Assembly (NCBI GenBank): GCA_040954595.2
Contig: CM082579.2
Span: 4,329,227-4,393,226 of the forward strand
Origin: Balanoglossus misakiensis
Taxonomy: Eukaryota > Animalia > Hemichordata
DNA: 64,000 nt
Direction: 5' to 3'
Positions 34,801-48,000 of this stretch are shown one piece after another (position 1 is the stretch's first letter; each line of letters starts with the position of its first letter). A program made the translations under genes and the position numbers. The notes under the pieces are model-generated. The model ran no database searches, was not told where the DNA came from, and worked only from the letters and a program-made list of their open reading frames with translations.

Positions 34801-36055
34801 AAATCAAAAAGCTCCATAAAGATAAGACAACTTCGTGTCTGTGATGTGAGAAGATTCATTGCATGAGCAATGGCAGAAGGGTAGACTGCTCCACATCTTT
34901 ACTTTTTTTTCTTTTCCAGTGAAAGTAATCACCGGCGCATTTGTTGCCGAGGGGATATAATGGACGTGATTTGCTTCATTTCGTCAACGGCTGACAAGAA
35001 AACTTCCGCAGCAAACGTAAACAACCGTTCCAGCCATTTTCGATGATCACTGGACTGCAAACTGTGACATTGAGGGCTGTTCACACTCCACAGAGTAACA
35101 AAATTGTCCAGATGTTTCTATTCAAAGCAGTGCATCCATTTTTTCTCTGCAGATCTTTAGTCATCTAAATCTGATACCAGACACGAAACCTCTCATGTGC
35201 ATCAAGCATGCATTTTCATATCATGCGAAACGTATCTTCGCTTTTTGCCGAACAGAATAGACAAGTAAATGTTTATATACGCTGATGGAAGGGTAATATA
35301 CGTTTGAAAACATTGTGTGCTACATGTACATGTACCAGCAACTGCATGAGGTCAGGTGACAGCTTTTGACCAATCAGCACCCATCAAATGTCCTGGCCCT
35401 CAAATTGGCAAACCACCCACTCCATCAAAAGATCCTTTCTCTCAAAATTACAGCCAAGAGACATTTACCAACACGATACGTCCACAGTGCTCCTCGGGGC
35501 AGCCATTGTTACTTTTCCCACATTACTAAATAATTTGTGTGCGTAGATAAACCAAGGGGAATGAACTCAATTGACTACAAACTGATTATCGATTGCCCCA
35601 GAAATAAATTGATTTCCACCACAAAAGTTTTATCTGTCAGGATTCTTGATCAAATTACACCACCCAGATGAATTACACAAACTGGAAAACCACTTTCCCC
35701 ACTTACATTTCAATTAAACTTACCTGCACATTTGATGTTATGGCACTTAAAGCTTTGTAAAATAATGTGCTAAACTGGTATTTATTTTTTACAACATACT
35801 ACAATCGTAGCTGGCAATTTATATTTACAGTATGTAATTCAAAAATTACCATGTCTCTGTATAAAACATGGAAGCTTAAGTCGAAGTTATGTTCCAGTCA
35901 TGGCAGGTGTCCCTATAGACAGTCTGAGGCAGTGCCAACCTGTATTATTAATTAGTGATTGAAAGACACTGCCTTCTTACCTTGTAGATTAGGCTGTCCA
36001 CAAGAAGGTCATGTTGAAAGACGTACGACTTCAACTGCTCATAGTACAGTTTGTC
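25702..36055 (-). CDS. TBC1D19: TBC1 domain family member 19, 3' part. Exons 36055-35981, 31648-31501, 31157-31080, 30280-30171, 29303-29212, 28641-28526, 25847-25702; 5' exons presumably beyond the right edge
   Basis: Spliced translation DKLYYEQLKSYVFQHDLLVDSLIYK DVKLTATNDDNYFVFEDYLYQVLLVFSRDT...PAKSYIRG KLGIEEFGVVYPPNGVIPFHGFAMY VAPLCYVY...FREMYMRYFFRLHNISSHPQ GIVSLCILFESLLQ...LREVGAQP LKIAFKWLMRAFSGFLASDQLLLLWDRILAYNSLEILP VMAMAIFAFRRANLMEVTSL...LADLTSLKIVPILQ closely matches the human TBC1D19 C-terminal half as recalled. All junctions are GT-AG and in phase. Confidence 0.95.
28526..28641 (-). CDS. TBC1D19: TBC1D19 exon (LKIAFKW...LWDRILAYNSLEILP)
   Basis: CCTCAG acceptor, CAG|GTCTGT donor, 116 nt; contains the TBC LWD motif. 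Confidence 0.95.
29212..29303 (-). CDS. TBC1D19: TBC1D19 exon (GIVSLCILFE...REVGAQP)
   Basis: TGACAG acceptor, CC|GTAAGT donor, 92 nt. Confidence 0.95.
29340..29445. mobile_element. Short pogo/Tigger (Tc1-mariner superfamily)-like MITE remnant
   Basis: Starts TA-CAGTGAAACCTGTC and ends with the degenerate inverse GCAGGTTTTATCA. Internal ACCTCTCTA..AGGACA subrepeats and an inverted CTATTAAGGACA / TGTCCTTAATAG pair. Confidence 0.6.
30171..30280 (-). CDS. TBC1D19: TBC1D19 exon (VAPLCYVY...ISSHPQ)
   Basis: TTTCAG acceptor, CAG|GTGAGT donor, 110 nt. Confidence 0.95.
31080..31157 (-). CDS. TBC1D19: TBC1D19 exon (KLGIEEFGVVYPPNGVIPFHGFAMY)
   Basis: CACAAG acceptor, G|GTAAGT donor, 78 nt. Confidence 0.93.
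31501..31648 (-). CDS. TBC1D19: TBC1D19 exon (DVKLTATNDD...PAKSYIR-G)
   Basis: TTGTAG acceptor, G|GTGTGT donor, 148 nt. Confidence 0.93.
33561..33574. promoter_or_regulatory. RFX X-box-like site in a TBC1D19 intron
   Basis: GTTTCTATGGCAAC, close to the consensus GTTNCCATGGNAAC. Confidence 0.4.
35981..36055 (-). CDS. TBC1D19: TBC1D19 exon (DKLYYEQLKSYVFQHDLLVDSLIYK)
   Basis: TTTCAG acceptor, AAG|GTAAGA donor, 75 nt. Confidence 0.95.
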
Positions 36056-39000
36056 CTGAAATGTATGAAAGCATAATTATAAAAAATTAGTGAGAACTCT
36101 GTTTACATGTACATGATTGGGTTAAAAGTGAATGCACAGTAGATTGGACCACAATTCCTCATGGAGGAACTGTTAAGGAAATGAGAGCTTTTCCACATTC
36201 AATTAATAGCGTGATCCAAAAACCTCTCCCACCAGGGTAAACACAGTCTGCGCGAACAGACGAGAGTGTCTGCTTCCCAGCCTATAATTTCTCACACTGC
36301 AATCCGACTAAAAGTACTCTCACATTAACCTTTATCTGCAGTTAGCACGGCTTTAAAAACGGCAATGAAACACCCGGCGTAAAAAGCCCATTTTTCTTCA
36401 GAGGAAGGTGAAAAAACACCAGGAGGTTTTTGTGAAAAGCCAGAGCAGAACCAGCATGAAAACAGCAAAGTCATGCAGCTATGGCAATCCCTTCAACCTT
36501 CAGTAAATCTATAATCCCTGAACAAGAATTTACAATAAAAAAATTCCCATGTGTGCGTTGTGCTGTGTGCTTGAACAATTTCATGAAAAGAACCCACACT
36601 ATCAAGTCACAGCATCAAAACCGATGGCTCGGATGAGTTGTGCTTGCACAATACTGGCATGCATGCACCATACATGCAAACACACTTTGCTTTGGTTTTT
36701 TCTTTGCACTTGTATTCATACATTTGACAATACTCTCAAATGGCACCATTTTAGCCGAGGGATAGTATATCCTCTGCTATTATGCAGTTCACAGGCAATG
36801 GCAGCGTGATAATAACGAACCGAACACACGCTGAAGGGGCTCAGATGGCAAAAACACGGATAACACCAGCAGGAGAAAGGATGGAACACTGAATGGTCTT
36901 CCGGGAATTTGCAGAACTTGTCTATAATAGAGTCCCAAAGCAAACACCCAGCAGACTCAAGACATAACCATCCTGTACCCACAAGCATAAATCGTCTGAA
37001 CACAACCGCAAAAAAAAAAAAATCAGACGATCTTCCACGAGCTGCATTTTTATCTCAGGCGACCTATTCCCCCCTTTTGACAGTTAATTTAGCCACTCCT
37101 ACTCATTTAGGACTGTCACAGCTGCTGGGTTTCCACGCAATTGCCGGTTGCCAAAGAGACTCGGCTACACCCGACTACCGCTGTACGCAAGCGAGCGGAA
37201 AAAAGAAAATTCCACCAGAGCCGACGCCTCTCGACTTCATTTCCTGTGAGACTGGGCACCGTCTACAGGTAGGTGAAAACGGCTTTATGTTGGACAGCGG
37301 CGTAAATTTTATTATGTGGGAACAAGGAAAGAGCGCGGTGAGAAATGATTCGCCGGGGTAGAATTAAAGAAAAAACAGACAAGCAGAAAATAACAAGATT
37401 TCCCTGCCTGCTACACGACAAAAGCTACACACCATCACCAGAGAGACGGTGTATTGCATCCTTGGGGATTGCTAGGGGTTTGTTTAATCAAACACCGCAA
37501 CTCGATTGTAACATGCTGCAACAATGAATGTGCTGGCGTTCTTCCCGAACATGCGAGAGCTAACAGTGTCCCTGTGGTTTTCTATTTTCATCAGTGACAG
37601 AAATTTGCAAAATCAAAATATTTTGATATCATAATCCCAGCCTGAGAGAGCAGTGTTTGCACTGTTGAGTAATAGGATAATGGAACATTGCGTTAAGTAA
37701 TAAATGGGTGATTTAGTAGCTCTCTGTTATAACGACGTACCTCAGCGTACAACAGAAGACACACTGTGTGTCATGAGACATCAACCACCTACCCATTGCG
37801 CTTGCGGCAAAAATGAAACTATAAATTTTGATAGAAACGGGTGCTTAGAAGATTGAGTAACAAGAAACGTAGGGTGGTAATAGGAAAATTAATTGATAAT
37901 AAACTGAAATAGTTAATATCTATAAAAGTGAATTTTACAATTATTTTAAAGACATACATGTACATTGTACAAAAAGATGAGATCATCTGCCTTTATTGAT
38001 TTGAAGCCCTGACAATTGTTTTAATTTCTTTTCAAGTCTGAGAAAAATAAGCATAAATGATGTCGGCAAAAACTATGTGACATAATCACCCTAAACAGAA
38101 GCACACAAAGTTCCCTTATAAAATGGCAAAGTTATTAATCTCAAAGGAAAGTAATTATTCTCCATATTTCTTTTCTCCTTTGAATTTGATATTGTGCCGC
38201 ATGTGGAATTTAATATCAATGCTGGAATTTGCGCACACAGAGATGCGTTGCAATGTAACAGCTATCATGCATAGGAGTTATTACGTGAGAGAGTATACCA
38301 TATGCATGTAATAAATAAAATATAATTATCCGTTTTAAGTATGTCATTGGAAGTTGTTTAGTGCATTTTTAGACACAACCATCTGTCATTTTTAAAGCAA
38401 GCTATCTGTTTCCATGCTTGTGTAATAACTTTTATGCATTGGAAGCTTTTTGAAAGGGTCTGTATGCATTAGTAGGCTAGTCTAAAAATCAACAAACATT
38501 TGATTTTTTATTCAGGTGTGAATAATAGTCTTTGCGTTATCATCAGCTATCAGATTGGAAGGGGGGGGGGGGTCACAAAAAGCAATGACTTCCACTTTTT
38601 TCCATTACTGGTTTGAAACTGCCCGCTGCCTAACAGGAGAAACCTCCTACTGTTGATACAGCCTTCACAAAACCCGTAATTTCACAGTCTTCTGAATGCA
38701 TGTAGCTGAGAGTGGGAGGACATTGAGATCGTCATTGAGAAATATATAAACATGTATCAGACCTGCATCGGCAGTTTGATTTAATGTTCCCATGGCCATA
38801 GAACATGCTGATACTTGTTGATCACGTTTTTAAAAATTCAACTGATTACAACACGACTATCAATATTGATCACTTAATAATGACTCTATTCTGCCAAAAA
38901 AATGTTTTAATGTTATTTTCATCACGCGCAAGTAACCTGATCGACACCATCGATTTTATGAAACCGTATACGATACACATTTTTGAAGTTTTAATCATCT

Positions 39001-42000
39001 GGAAAAAAAATTTCAGTCAGCTTTTCCAGTTTTTGCACATCTTGTCAAAAGATGGACAGAAATAAACTGTTTGTAGTAGAAGTGGGATCGTGATCTCCTT
39101 TAAAAAAATGTGTCAGAATTGAAATTAGAGCACACTTTGTCGCTGTGTTTTCTATTCAACTCCCAAGTGGCGTTGTAAAATTTGCAGTTATCGAATTCAG
39201 CGGTAAAGAAGTACCTTCTCTTCAAAGCAATGGAATCGTGTGATGGAATTACTGCCTTTCTCCTCTTCTTTTCAGGGAGATCAAATTGCACTTTGCGATG
39301 GTGTTCTTATCGACTCTCTGTCGAATTAACAAGTAATTAACACCGAAAAGATTCAATTAACGATGGTGAACAACCTCCTTGTCATTGATAAATTTCCCAA
39401 TTACCCCATTTTTCACTGGGGGAATGTGGTGGGATAATTTTCTCACAAAGAGTTGTACCTGAAAAATATACAAGTATAGAGCATAAAATCTCTTTTCCCA
39501 ATGCAGAGGAGGACATCCTTAATTTAATTTGAATGAAAATTTTGATCTCCATAGCTGTTAATCATGATTTGTCTTCAATATAAGGAACATTCAATTATTC
39601 AGTTTTGTCTGCTGTGATGAGGGGAGGGGGGTGTCAATCAACGATCTATATATAATATAACATGTTTGCATCAAACAGCCAGTAACTTAAACTCACACTA
39701 CTCCAAATGCATTATTCAATTTTGGCTCCAGTAGCTTTGAATTAAATTTTATTACTTTTTCCTCGGGATACTGTGGCACATCTTTCCTTTAAAATCAAAT
39801 TGGCTGTTTACGAATCGAGAGGTTATTAGGAACACACTTCAATTTCCATCAGATATAAAGTAACTCAGTTAATGCAGTGTGGCAACTGTTTTGATAACAT
39901 TTGTGTCAAAGAATTCAAGTGGGTCACACATGACGAGAATTAGGTAAAGCTTTCTGAGAGGGGAAAGCTCTTTGTATAAATCTGAATGGCATTTCAAAAA
40001 GGTTTAATATGCATACGCGTGAGAGCAGTATAATAGTGCCTTTTTTTTCTTGCAAAAGTAGTATGTAAAATACTCTCTGAGCTCTCAACATATAAACAAG
40101 AGATTTTGTACCAGGATTACTGAGCTGGCTAGTGATTACAAAATAATGCAATAATACCAGTCACCTTTTCTCATTTGTTTCATTGAAGGAGTGACTATCA
40201 AAACTGACAGAAGTGTGCACAGTGCAGATTTCTTCGGATAACACGTACCTTGTAACTTTTTTATTGCATTTCCAAAACCACTCGTGAAACTTTCACCAAA
40301 TTTGGTGTACTCAAACAGACATGTTGTTTCTTCGCTGTGAACCAGGATTCTTAAGCCTTAACAAGCAACCGTGTCCGATTGGCTGTGTTTCAGTCAGTCA
40401 GTCTCTATAACAGGCAGGTACACACACACACACTTTAAATTGGATTTTTATGAGACAAGTCCAACTTGATTTGGGCAAGTCATTCTGCAAATTGTATTGA
40501 TTCTACCACTGTTTGTCAACCAGGGAGCGTTCCACCTGCAGCTGTGAGCAAACTGTACAATTTGACGACTGAATTTACACAACACGGTTTTATGGCGGCA
40601 TGAACTGATGTGTGCATTTCCTTTGGTCTGTATCGACTGAGCGACTTGGATGTTTTGGTACAATGTACAATGAAAGAGGCCTGTGCCTGTATTGATTGCA
40701 TATGATGCCATGGTTCAGAGAATGGACAATAACGATCGCACCGGTCAAAAAAAGTTTCAGCAAATGAAAACAGCAGGTGTACAGAAGACTGCACAGATCA
40801 AGGTGAACTGGGGGATATCCAATGTGCCCTCCCCAACCTGTGATTTCAATTTGGGTTTAACTAAGTTACTTGAACCTGAAGAACATCCTAACATTTCTCC
40901 ACCAATTTTCATGAAATATTGATTAACAAGACAAACTTTTTCTTGTAAGTTATGAGCCAGCCCTTAAGACCATATACGGTGCTTGCTCTTGCGGTGTAAA
41001 AAACTGTTCATTTGTTCTCATACTCTCGCATGATTACTGCCTGACGTGAATCCACACATCCACCAACCCGCAACGCCTTGCACCATGATTAATTGAACCT
41101 TATTTTCCGTGAATTAATAATGCTGAAATCCGACCGGCACAAACTCTGAAACATTCATTAAACTGTACGTGTGACAGACTTTGGTGGTTATACACAGTAT
41201 GAATTTCATCAGCTGATGGGCAACAGCATTGTTCCATATTTCACTGTCTCAAATTTCAGAATTTTCATCAAAACCCGACACAGTACACTCAATCATCCCG
41301 CAGCATTTTCCAAGCTTCCGGCTTGTTTAATTACACCGACATAAACTACAAATCATATCTCAGGATTATAAGCCTACTAAAATAGCCCCAAACTATTTTT
41401 CACACTTCAATTTACACCGTTATACGAGCGTTTCCATCTATCTGTTGTTTTAATAGAAAAATCTCTGGTGAAATTATTACCTACTTGAGTGCCAGTGAAT
41501 GGCTTTATTTGTAATTCTGACAGCTTCATTGTCATGTTTTTTCGAGAGGACGGGACCTCCTATTTTAATTCCACAACCGTGAAAAGTAAAGAAATCTGCA
41601 ACGTCACATAACTTAAGTGTTGCATCCTGTCTGCAAAAAAGATGTTTGTCAGACCGAGGACAAAAACCCCAACGTATGCACAGCTGTTCAAGCTCCCGTT
41701 TCTGGCATGACAAATCTGACCTATACACCAACGTCACAGAATGATGAAAGTCGATCTGCGATAGAAAAGGTTACTTTGAAACGACTACCTTCTCAGGAGA
41801 AGTTAATTTACAATTCAAACTGTTAGCCAAGTGACCTGGTGTGACCTGATACAGAATTACGCCTGACAAATCATGATCTTTCCTCACATGGCTTGATAAT
41901 ATCGTGTAAAATCTCACTCCCACCTGCACCTGATTGATTTCTTCCTTTTTTCCCCCTTTCAAATCTGATTTACAAGCTATACTTCACATAAATAAATTCC

Positions 42001-45000
42001 TGAGCTTGGTATGAATGTTTAAATAAAGTAAAAATATCACAGTATACATGTGTATACTGCATGCAGATTAATTGCAACATCAATTTTGTTTTGACATTTC
42101 AGAGGTGCCAAATACCAGTGTCAAAGCTGTGTGCTAATTTTCTGCCACCAAATGGATGTCGTCATCACAGAACAGATTCAGTCTCTCACCATGGAAACGC
42201 ACGCAATCTTACTGCACTAACTACTCATAACATCAACCGTCTCATATAGCCTACCATTAGCCCAGAAAAAGGAATAATTTTTCTCTTCTGTGTACAATTG
42301 AGAAAGTAAATTTATCGCATAAATGGACTTTTTATACATTTCATCCAGTCGTCATTTTGCTAGTTTGTCTGCGTTGATGTCTTCTGCAGACCACTCTCTC
42401 TTTCTTTAAATAGTTGTTCCATGTATCCTGTTTTATTTAATTCTCATCGATCAGAAATGGTCTTGTCTGCAGCCCACATACTCTCATTCTCTTCAGTTTG
42501 ACAGACTCATGATCATCTGTGTGTAAGGCGGCAACACTATCCAGCTTCTGAAAATGCCTCAAAATTGTCAGAAATATGCCCTTTCGGATGCAATTTTCCC
42601 CGCAGTTGAAACTTTGTGGCACAAACGTGGTTTAACACCCTGTTTGGTTTCAACCAATGCTTCTATAAAGCCAAGTTCAGGCATCTCCACACAGGATATA
42701 GGGGTGAGAGAGGGTCACAACAACTGACAGAGCGTGAATGACACATCTGGCAAGAAACCGAAAAACTTCGAACCGTGCAATCCCAGATCCATTTCCTCTA
42801 TTTATTTCCTCCGTCTATTTTTTATACAGTCACCGACTGGAATCTAATTTGCGTGGAACACACAAATTTGTTTATTCACTTCAGGACTCGATTGGAAGTG
42901 ATCTCCCCATTAAAGAAACTCCCGCCGAAAACCCGCCCGCCTGTCACGACAAATCAGCGACAAATACCGCGTAATATGAAATGGGCGACAGTTCAAATCT
43001 CCCTAAAAGAGAGCGGTTATTTTTCCACGAGATTAAAGTGGCAAATGAATGTTTTTTCCCCTGATTGAGTACGCCATCACAATGGCGTGTCATTTTTATG
43101 ACACAATATTGCCGGCGTGTTATTGCTTTCGCTGATTTTTTTTATTAGAAAGCCAATAATGCCCAGTGGTTCATCTGCACCATCTAATACAATTATTTGA
43201 AGGGGCTATCAAGTCAGGAAATATTTACCTGTTTATTTTTGCATGGCGTGTCTGGACGTCATCATCCAAATTACACACAGTGTGAGGGGTATAAAAGACC
43301 TAGCTGTCACGTACATGTACATGTGTTACAGCTGCTTGCTTTGGTAAATTTTTTTGCTCATTTACAAACTCCACTTGGGGAGTTGCAAACTGCAGAGTCT
43401 TGTTTTCGTGTTTCTTTGACGCAAACTTGCGCTCAGACGGACACTAGTTGGAGGGAACAAGACGTTGACGCCATAATCACATCATCAAAATATAAGCATC
43501 ATCGTTTTGACAAAGGAGCTGTTCAAAAATCGTGCGTAAGGGTCGGCGTGAGACAACTCAAAGTGAATCAAGCACCAAGGCAAAGAAATTGAATTGCTTC
43601 CATCCACCTCTTGACCTTAATCTGATTACCTTTACAGAGCAACTGGGTGACTAATTTTTCTGGATTAACTCTATTTTCGTCAATTCTTCTCTCTCACATT
43701 TGATCCTTCCATGAAGAGATCGAGAGAGAGAGACAAAAAAAACAAGCTCTGCTCTAGAAGCACGTCAGAAATGTGGGAATAAAATTACTTTTGATTTCCC
43801 TGGGGGGAAGGACGAGTGGATATCGACAATGATTAACTCCTTGTGATGCGGCGTAACGACTAATTCGGATTATGAGTTATTATTGCGGTATTACAGCTAC
43901 TTCACCCCCGGCTTAGAGACAAAACTTAGCAGATTATTATGTGTATCATAGGCCACTTGAACTGCTCGTCAAGTAGATCTCCTTCTACGACATTACCCAC
44001 AATGCTGTTGGCTTGGCGCAAGTGATCATCAGTTCAAGTACTGTCTGCAGGCTTCTGGTTTTTATTCATTTGGTACTACATCTCAAAGAAGCAATTCAAA
44101 TTCCTAGTTTTTTAATCGAGAGATGCAAATGCACAGTCTAGCATGATTTGTAGGGGTGGGGGTGGGGGTGCTCTGTCATATTAATTTAAATCAAAAAGTT
44201 TAACACTGCCCTCAATGGCAAGATCACATACAAGTCAAATGCATTCAATGTCAAACATCAAGGATTGCTGTGAACATTATATTATGTTACAAAACCAATT
44301 GGCTGAGTCTGAATGTACGGTATACAGCTCGGAAATAACTTCAATCAGAGTATGACAGAGTGATGGTTCTGACTGTAATTAAATATGGAAATACCTGCCA
44401 GTTGATCTTTTTGAATCATATGAAGCAAGCTGATATAATCATTCATATCTACAATGTATAATTTAGTGCACTGTTGGTCATTGTTCCAATTCTGACAGAA
44501 CATCTCAGACAGGGCTTTTGTGCCTTAGGCACCAAACCTGAAAATCCCTGTTTCTGACGCCAATGTCCCGCAAACGCAAACAATCAAGCATTAGAGAGAC
44601 TTAAACGCATTCTCTATACATGTTTGCATTTTAGTTCAAAGGGTCCAAGCGTAAATCAAGGTTCAGTTTGACAAAGCTCTGGAAATTTCCCCAAGCATTG
44701 GCTTTCTAACGTATATCACAATCAAGTTCCATTAAAACGAACACCACTGCCTTCACTGGCGCTAATTGGCTTGTGCGCGAACATGCACACTTCAAAGACA
44801 AACACGACATTTATCACAATGGCCGCTTTAATCCCCGCCTGTAATTTCCCAAACACTGTGATTGTCGCGGCCACCATTTCCCTGATGTTTGCCACCTGTG
44901 TGATTTTTGCCAAAAGTTCAAATAATGCGAATTCAGTCAATCATTTATTAATTTACTGAAAGTAGCCACATTGGCACCAACAGGATCAGAGAACAGTCCT

Positions 45001-48000
45001 CTACCCACTGGGCATTGCAGTCAATCATAAATCGCTTTTCAGATTATTGGCACAACAGTATGATAATTGACAACTCCTGCTATTCATGTTTTTGCACCTA
45101 TGTTGATGAAAATCTAATGTAGGTTTCTGAATCTCAAATCATACTGCACCATGCAATTTGTGACAAACTTCAAATACGTTGAACACACAGGAAACCTAAC
45201 AACCACTGTACACTTCACTTGAAAATCTACGTGGGAATTGTAGATAAACTTTCTTTATCACCCACAGCAAGGGACGTCAGTACTGCAGGTTGCCATCTCT
45301 CATCTGTATTGATTAACTGCAGGAGAGTCTTGTGGTGAAACTCTGATGTTCTCTAATGATGGCTCGTAGAAATCTCATGCAGGTGTTCCATCTGAAGTAG
45401 CTGCGCAAAATTCAAATGTAAACCTGCAACCTCAGGTCCTTGCTTGTAGCACATTCTACGTGATAGCAGAATTTAATTGCCATGGATTGGGACGTGAAAA
45501 GTGCAATGACAGGGATGAGACCAGTATGACAAAGTGTCAAGCCAAGCTATCTTTATCTTGGGCAGGAGAACCGCCGGCCCTCAAGACATTCTTAAATATT
45601 TAACCACACTCTCACTGAATCGAGTTTTATCTGCCTTATTTGTAATCTCATCATCTCTGTAGTTGTAATTTTGGATAACCTTGTCGAAGGTTTATAGATG
45701 GTGAATGTCAGCTGCACCCCAACACGTTGCATCTACATTGTACATGTAGGTCACAAGTGCGACAGAATTCATCCAATTATCTTTGTTACAACTCTGAATA
45801 TCTATCATTGCTATCGGGCAGTACACAGCTCTTGAATTTCTTGAGACCTGGATGTCAAAGTCACACATCCCTGCAGCCTGATCATTGTATTAACACCATG
45901 CCCACCAGCTTGTCTGGCAATTTCCATATACATGGACAAGTTTGTGTTTAGTCAGTGCCTAACAGGTGTTATTGATCATGCATATAGGAGCGGCTACTGC
46001 TTCGGGAAAGCAGGCGTGACCACACAACCAATAATGGTGGAATTTTGTACACAAGTGCATCATGCAATCTGCATTTGTGAATTTGAACACAAATTAAACG
46101 AGTTCCACCCTCTGGTTAACAACACTGTTTCTGATTCAAGAGACATTCTTGCAACAACAACGGGTAGTGAAGCTATCTGATTCACTCAGTGGTAAATAAA
46201 TAAAAAGGTAAAATTGAATGCCATCCTATATTTTTAGTGACACCTAAAGAAAAGTTTTGAAAGCAAGAATCTGTTTTTCTTGGCAAAATGCAGACAGTCT
46301 TCACCGTGAGAATTGTTTACAGTAGATGACTGTATAAACTTCAAACTTGAAAAAAATACTCATCGCAACCACACATGTACTTCTCGTTATCTACTGAAGG
46401 CAAATCTGCATCTCTTTTGGCACTATTAAGATTCATTCCCCATTGGCTACTGGGCATTTGCTGTTTCCAATCAGTATTGATTTTCCAATTATAGTCGGTA
46501 ATGATTTGATTGGCTGCCACTTTGTCGAATGGATATTGCTCAAACCGAACGCAGAATAAATATCCATGCAGTCTGGGTGCTTTTGACGTTTAAAGCTTGG
46601 TGTTTTGTTCGTACTTATCTTAAGCCTCAGTCTTTCCTTTCTAATTCCGAAGATAGCAAAAGATGAAATTACCATCTCCAGAAATGTCCTTTCAATTGCG
46701 GGGTGTAGCCGAGACAGAAGTAAGGCTTAAATCCTAACAAGCACAATGCTATACAGAACCATCCATTACTATAATGTAGACAGACCACCGTCAGTGATTA
46801 CAACTTGGCCTATCATCGGTTGACTGTCGCAGATGATGACCCTATCTAGATTCTTACAGATGGCGAAGAAGAAGAAAAAAAAATCACTGTACATGCAGAA
46901 CACACACTGACAAACTGCGGGCCCTGATAACTCTAGCGCACCCTTAATGATAAAATATACTCTTGGTTTGATTACATGGCTGGGAAATTTAATGCACCTA
47001 TCCAGCGCGATCACAAATTGGGATTGAGCAGAATTACTTTCTTGCTCTGGCAGTGCTGATTTGGGGGGAAAAACAGACACCCTCGCATTACAGCGGATAA
47101 TCATAATATACGACTTTCTGCTGGTTATCTATGGGGCAGAGATCGTACATCATGCGTGGGGTATCACTTAGGCAAATGAACGCTTAACTGTGATTACAAT
47201 AAAGTTTGTATTTTCTGGGTGAACCGAAGATGAATGAATCAATTAGGCCGTGTGTCACATCAATAAGGATGAGGGCAATCCAGGCTAAAAGTTCTTCTTG
47301 ATTCAAAATCATCCGCCTCAGTAATTAGATGCATTAGGAGATGCTGGCAAAAGTGGAGGATGGAGTCAAAATGATCACGTCCCCATTACAGCTGCACTAT
47401 GATGTCTTCCTACACCCTATCCCCCTCAGCTGTATGGAATTTCATTTCATTTCGGCCGGCATGGGGTACTGCCTCACACTGGTTTAAATATGTGGGTTGA
47501 TAAATTTGAAATGGCATTTAACTGCTGGGGTTGCTATCCGATTTCGCATCAGACTTGACCCAAATTAAGTCCGCATTTCTCACTGTCTAATCAGCTAGCT
47601 GTCATGTTGTTTCTCGGGCGGCACAGACTTTCTAAAAAGGGCCACACAGCGCAAATAAATAGAAAATTACATTCATGCCATTCTTAAAAGTAAACATCTA
47701 TTTTGAGCAGAAAATGTACAATTCCTGGAATGAAATGTACCGCAAATTTCTTTCATCGACATTTAAGTAAAGAAAGCAAAATAGCAAAATATATTCACGT
47801 ATTACTAGACACAAACTGCATTAATCTATACAATGTCACAATAAAATTAAAGTTTTATTACTGTTAAAATGCAAGACAGCCACAGTGAAGGTAATCCGTG
47901 GGCAGTGGCAATGTTGCCTCTGAAATAAAGTGTGTGTTATCATCTGAAGAAACACTGTCAGTGTCGGAATATATATTAAGTTTCGACTGCCTTGATCAGT

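Noticed and set aside
35723-35752. Perfect CAG|GTAAGT - strand donor in a TBC1D19 intron (possible poison exon)
   Set aside because: Candidate acceptors lack a pyrimidine tract; unsupported
36909-37361. 150-aa + strand ORF in the large intron
   Set aside because: Non-ATG start, runs through a poly-A tract, no recognisable motif or splice support
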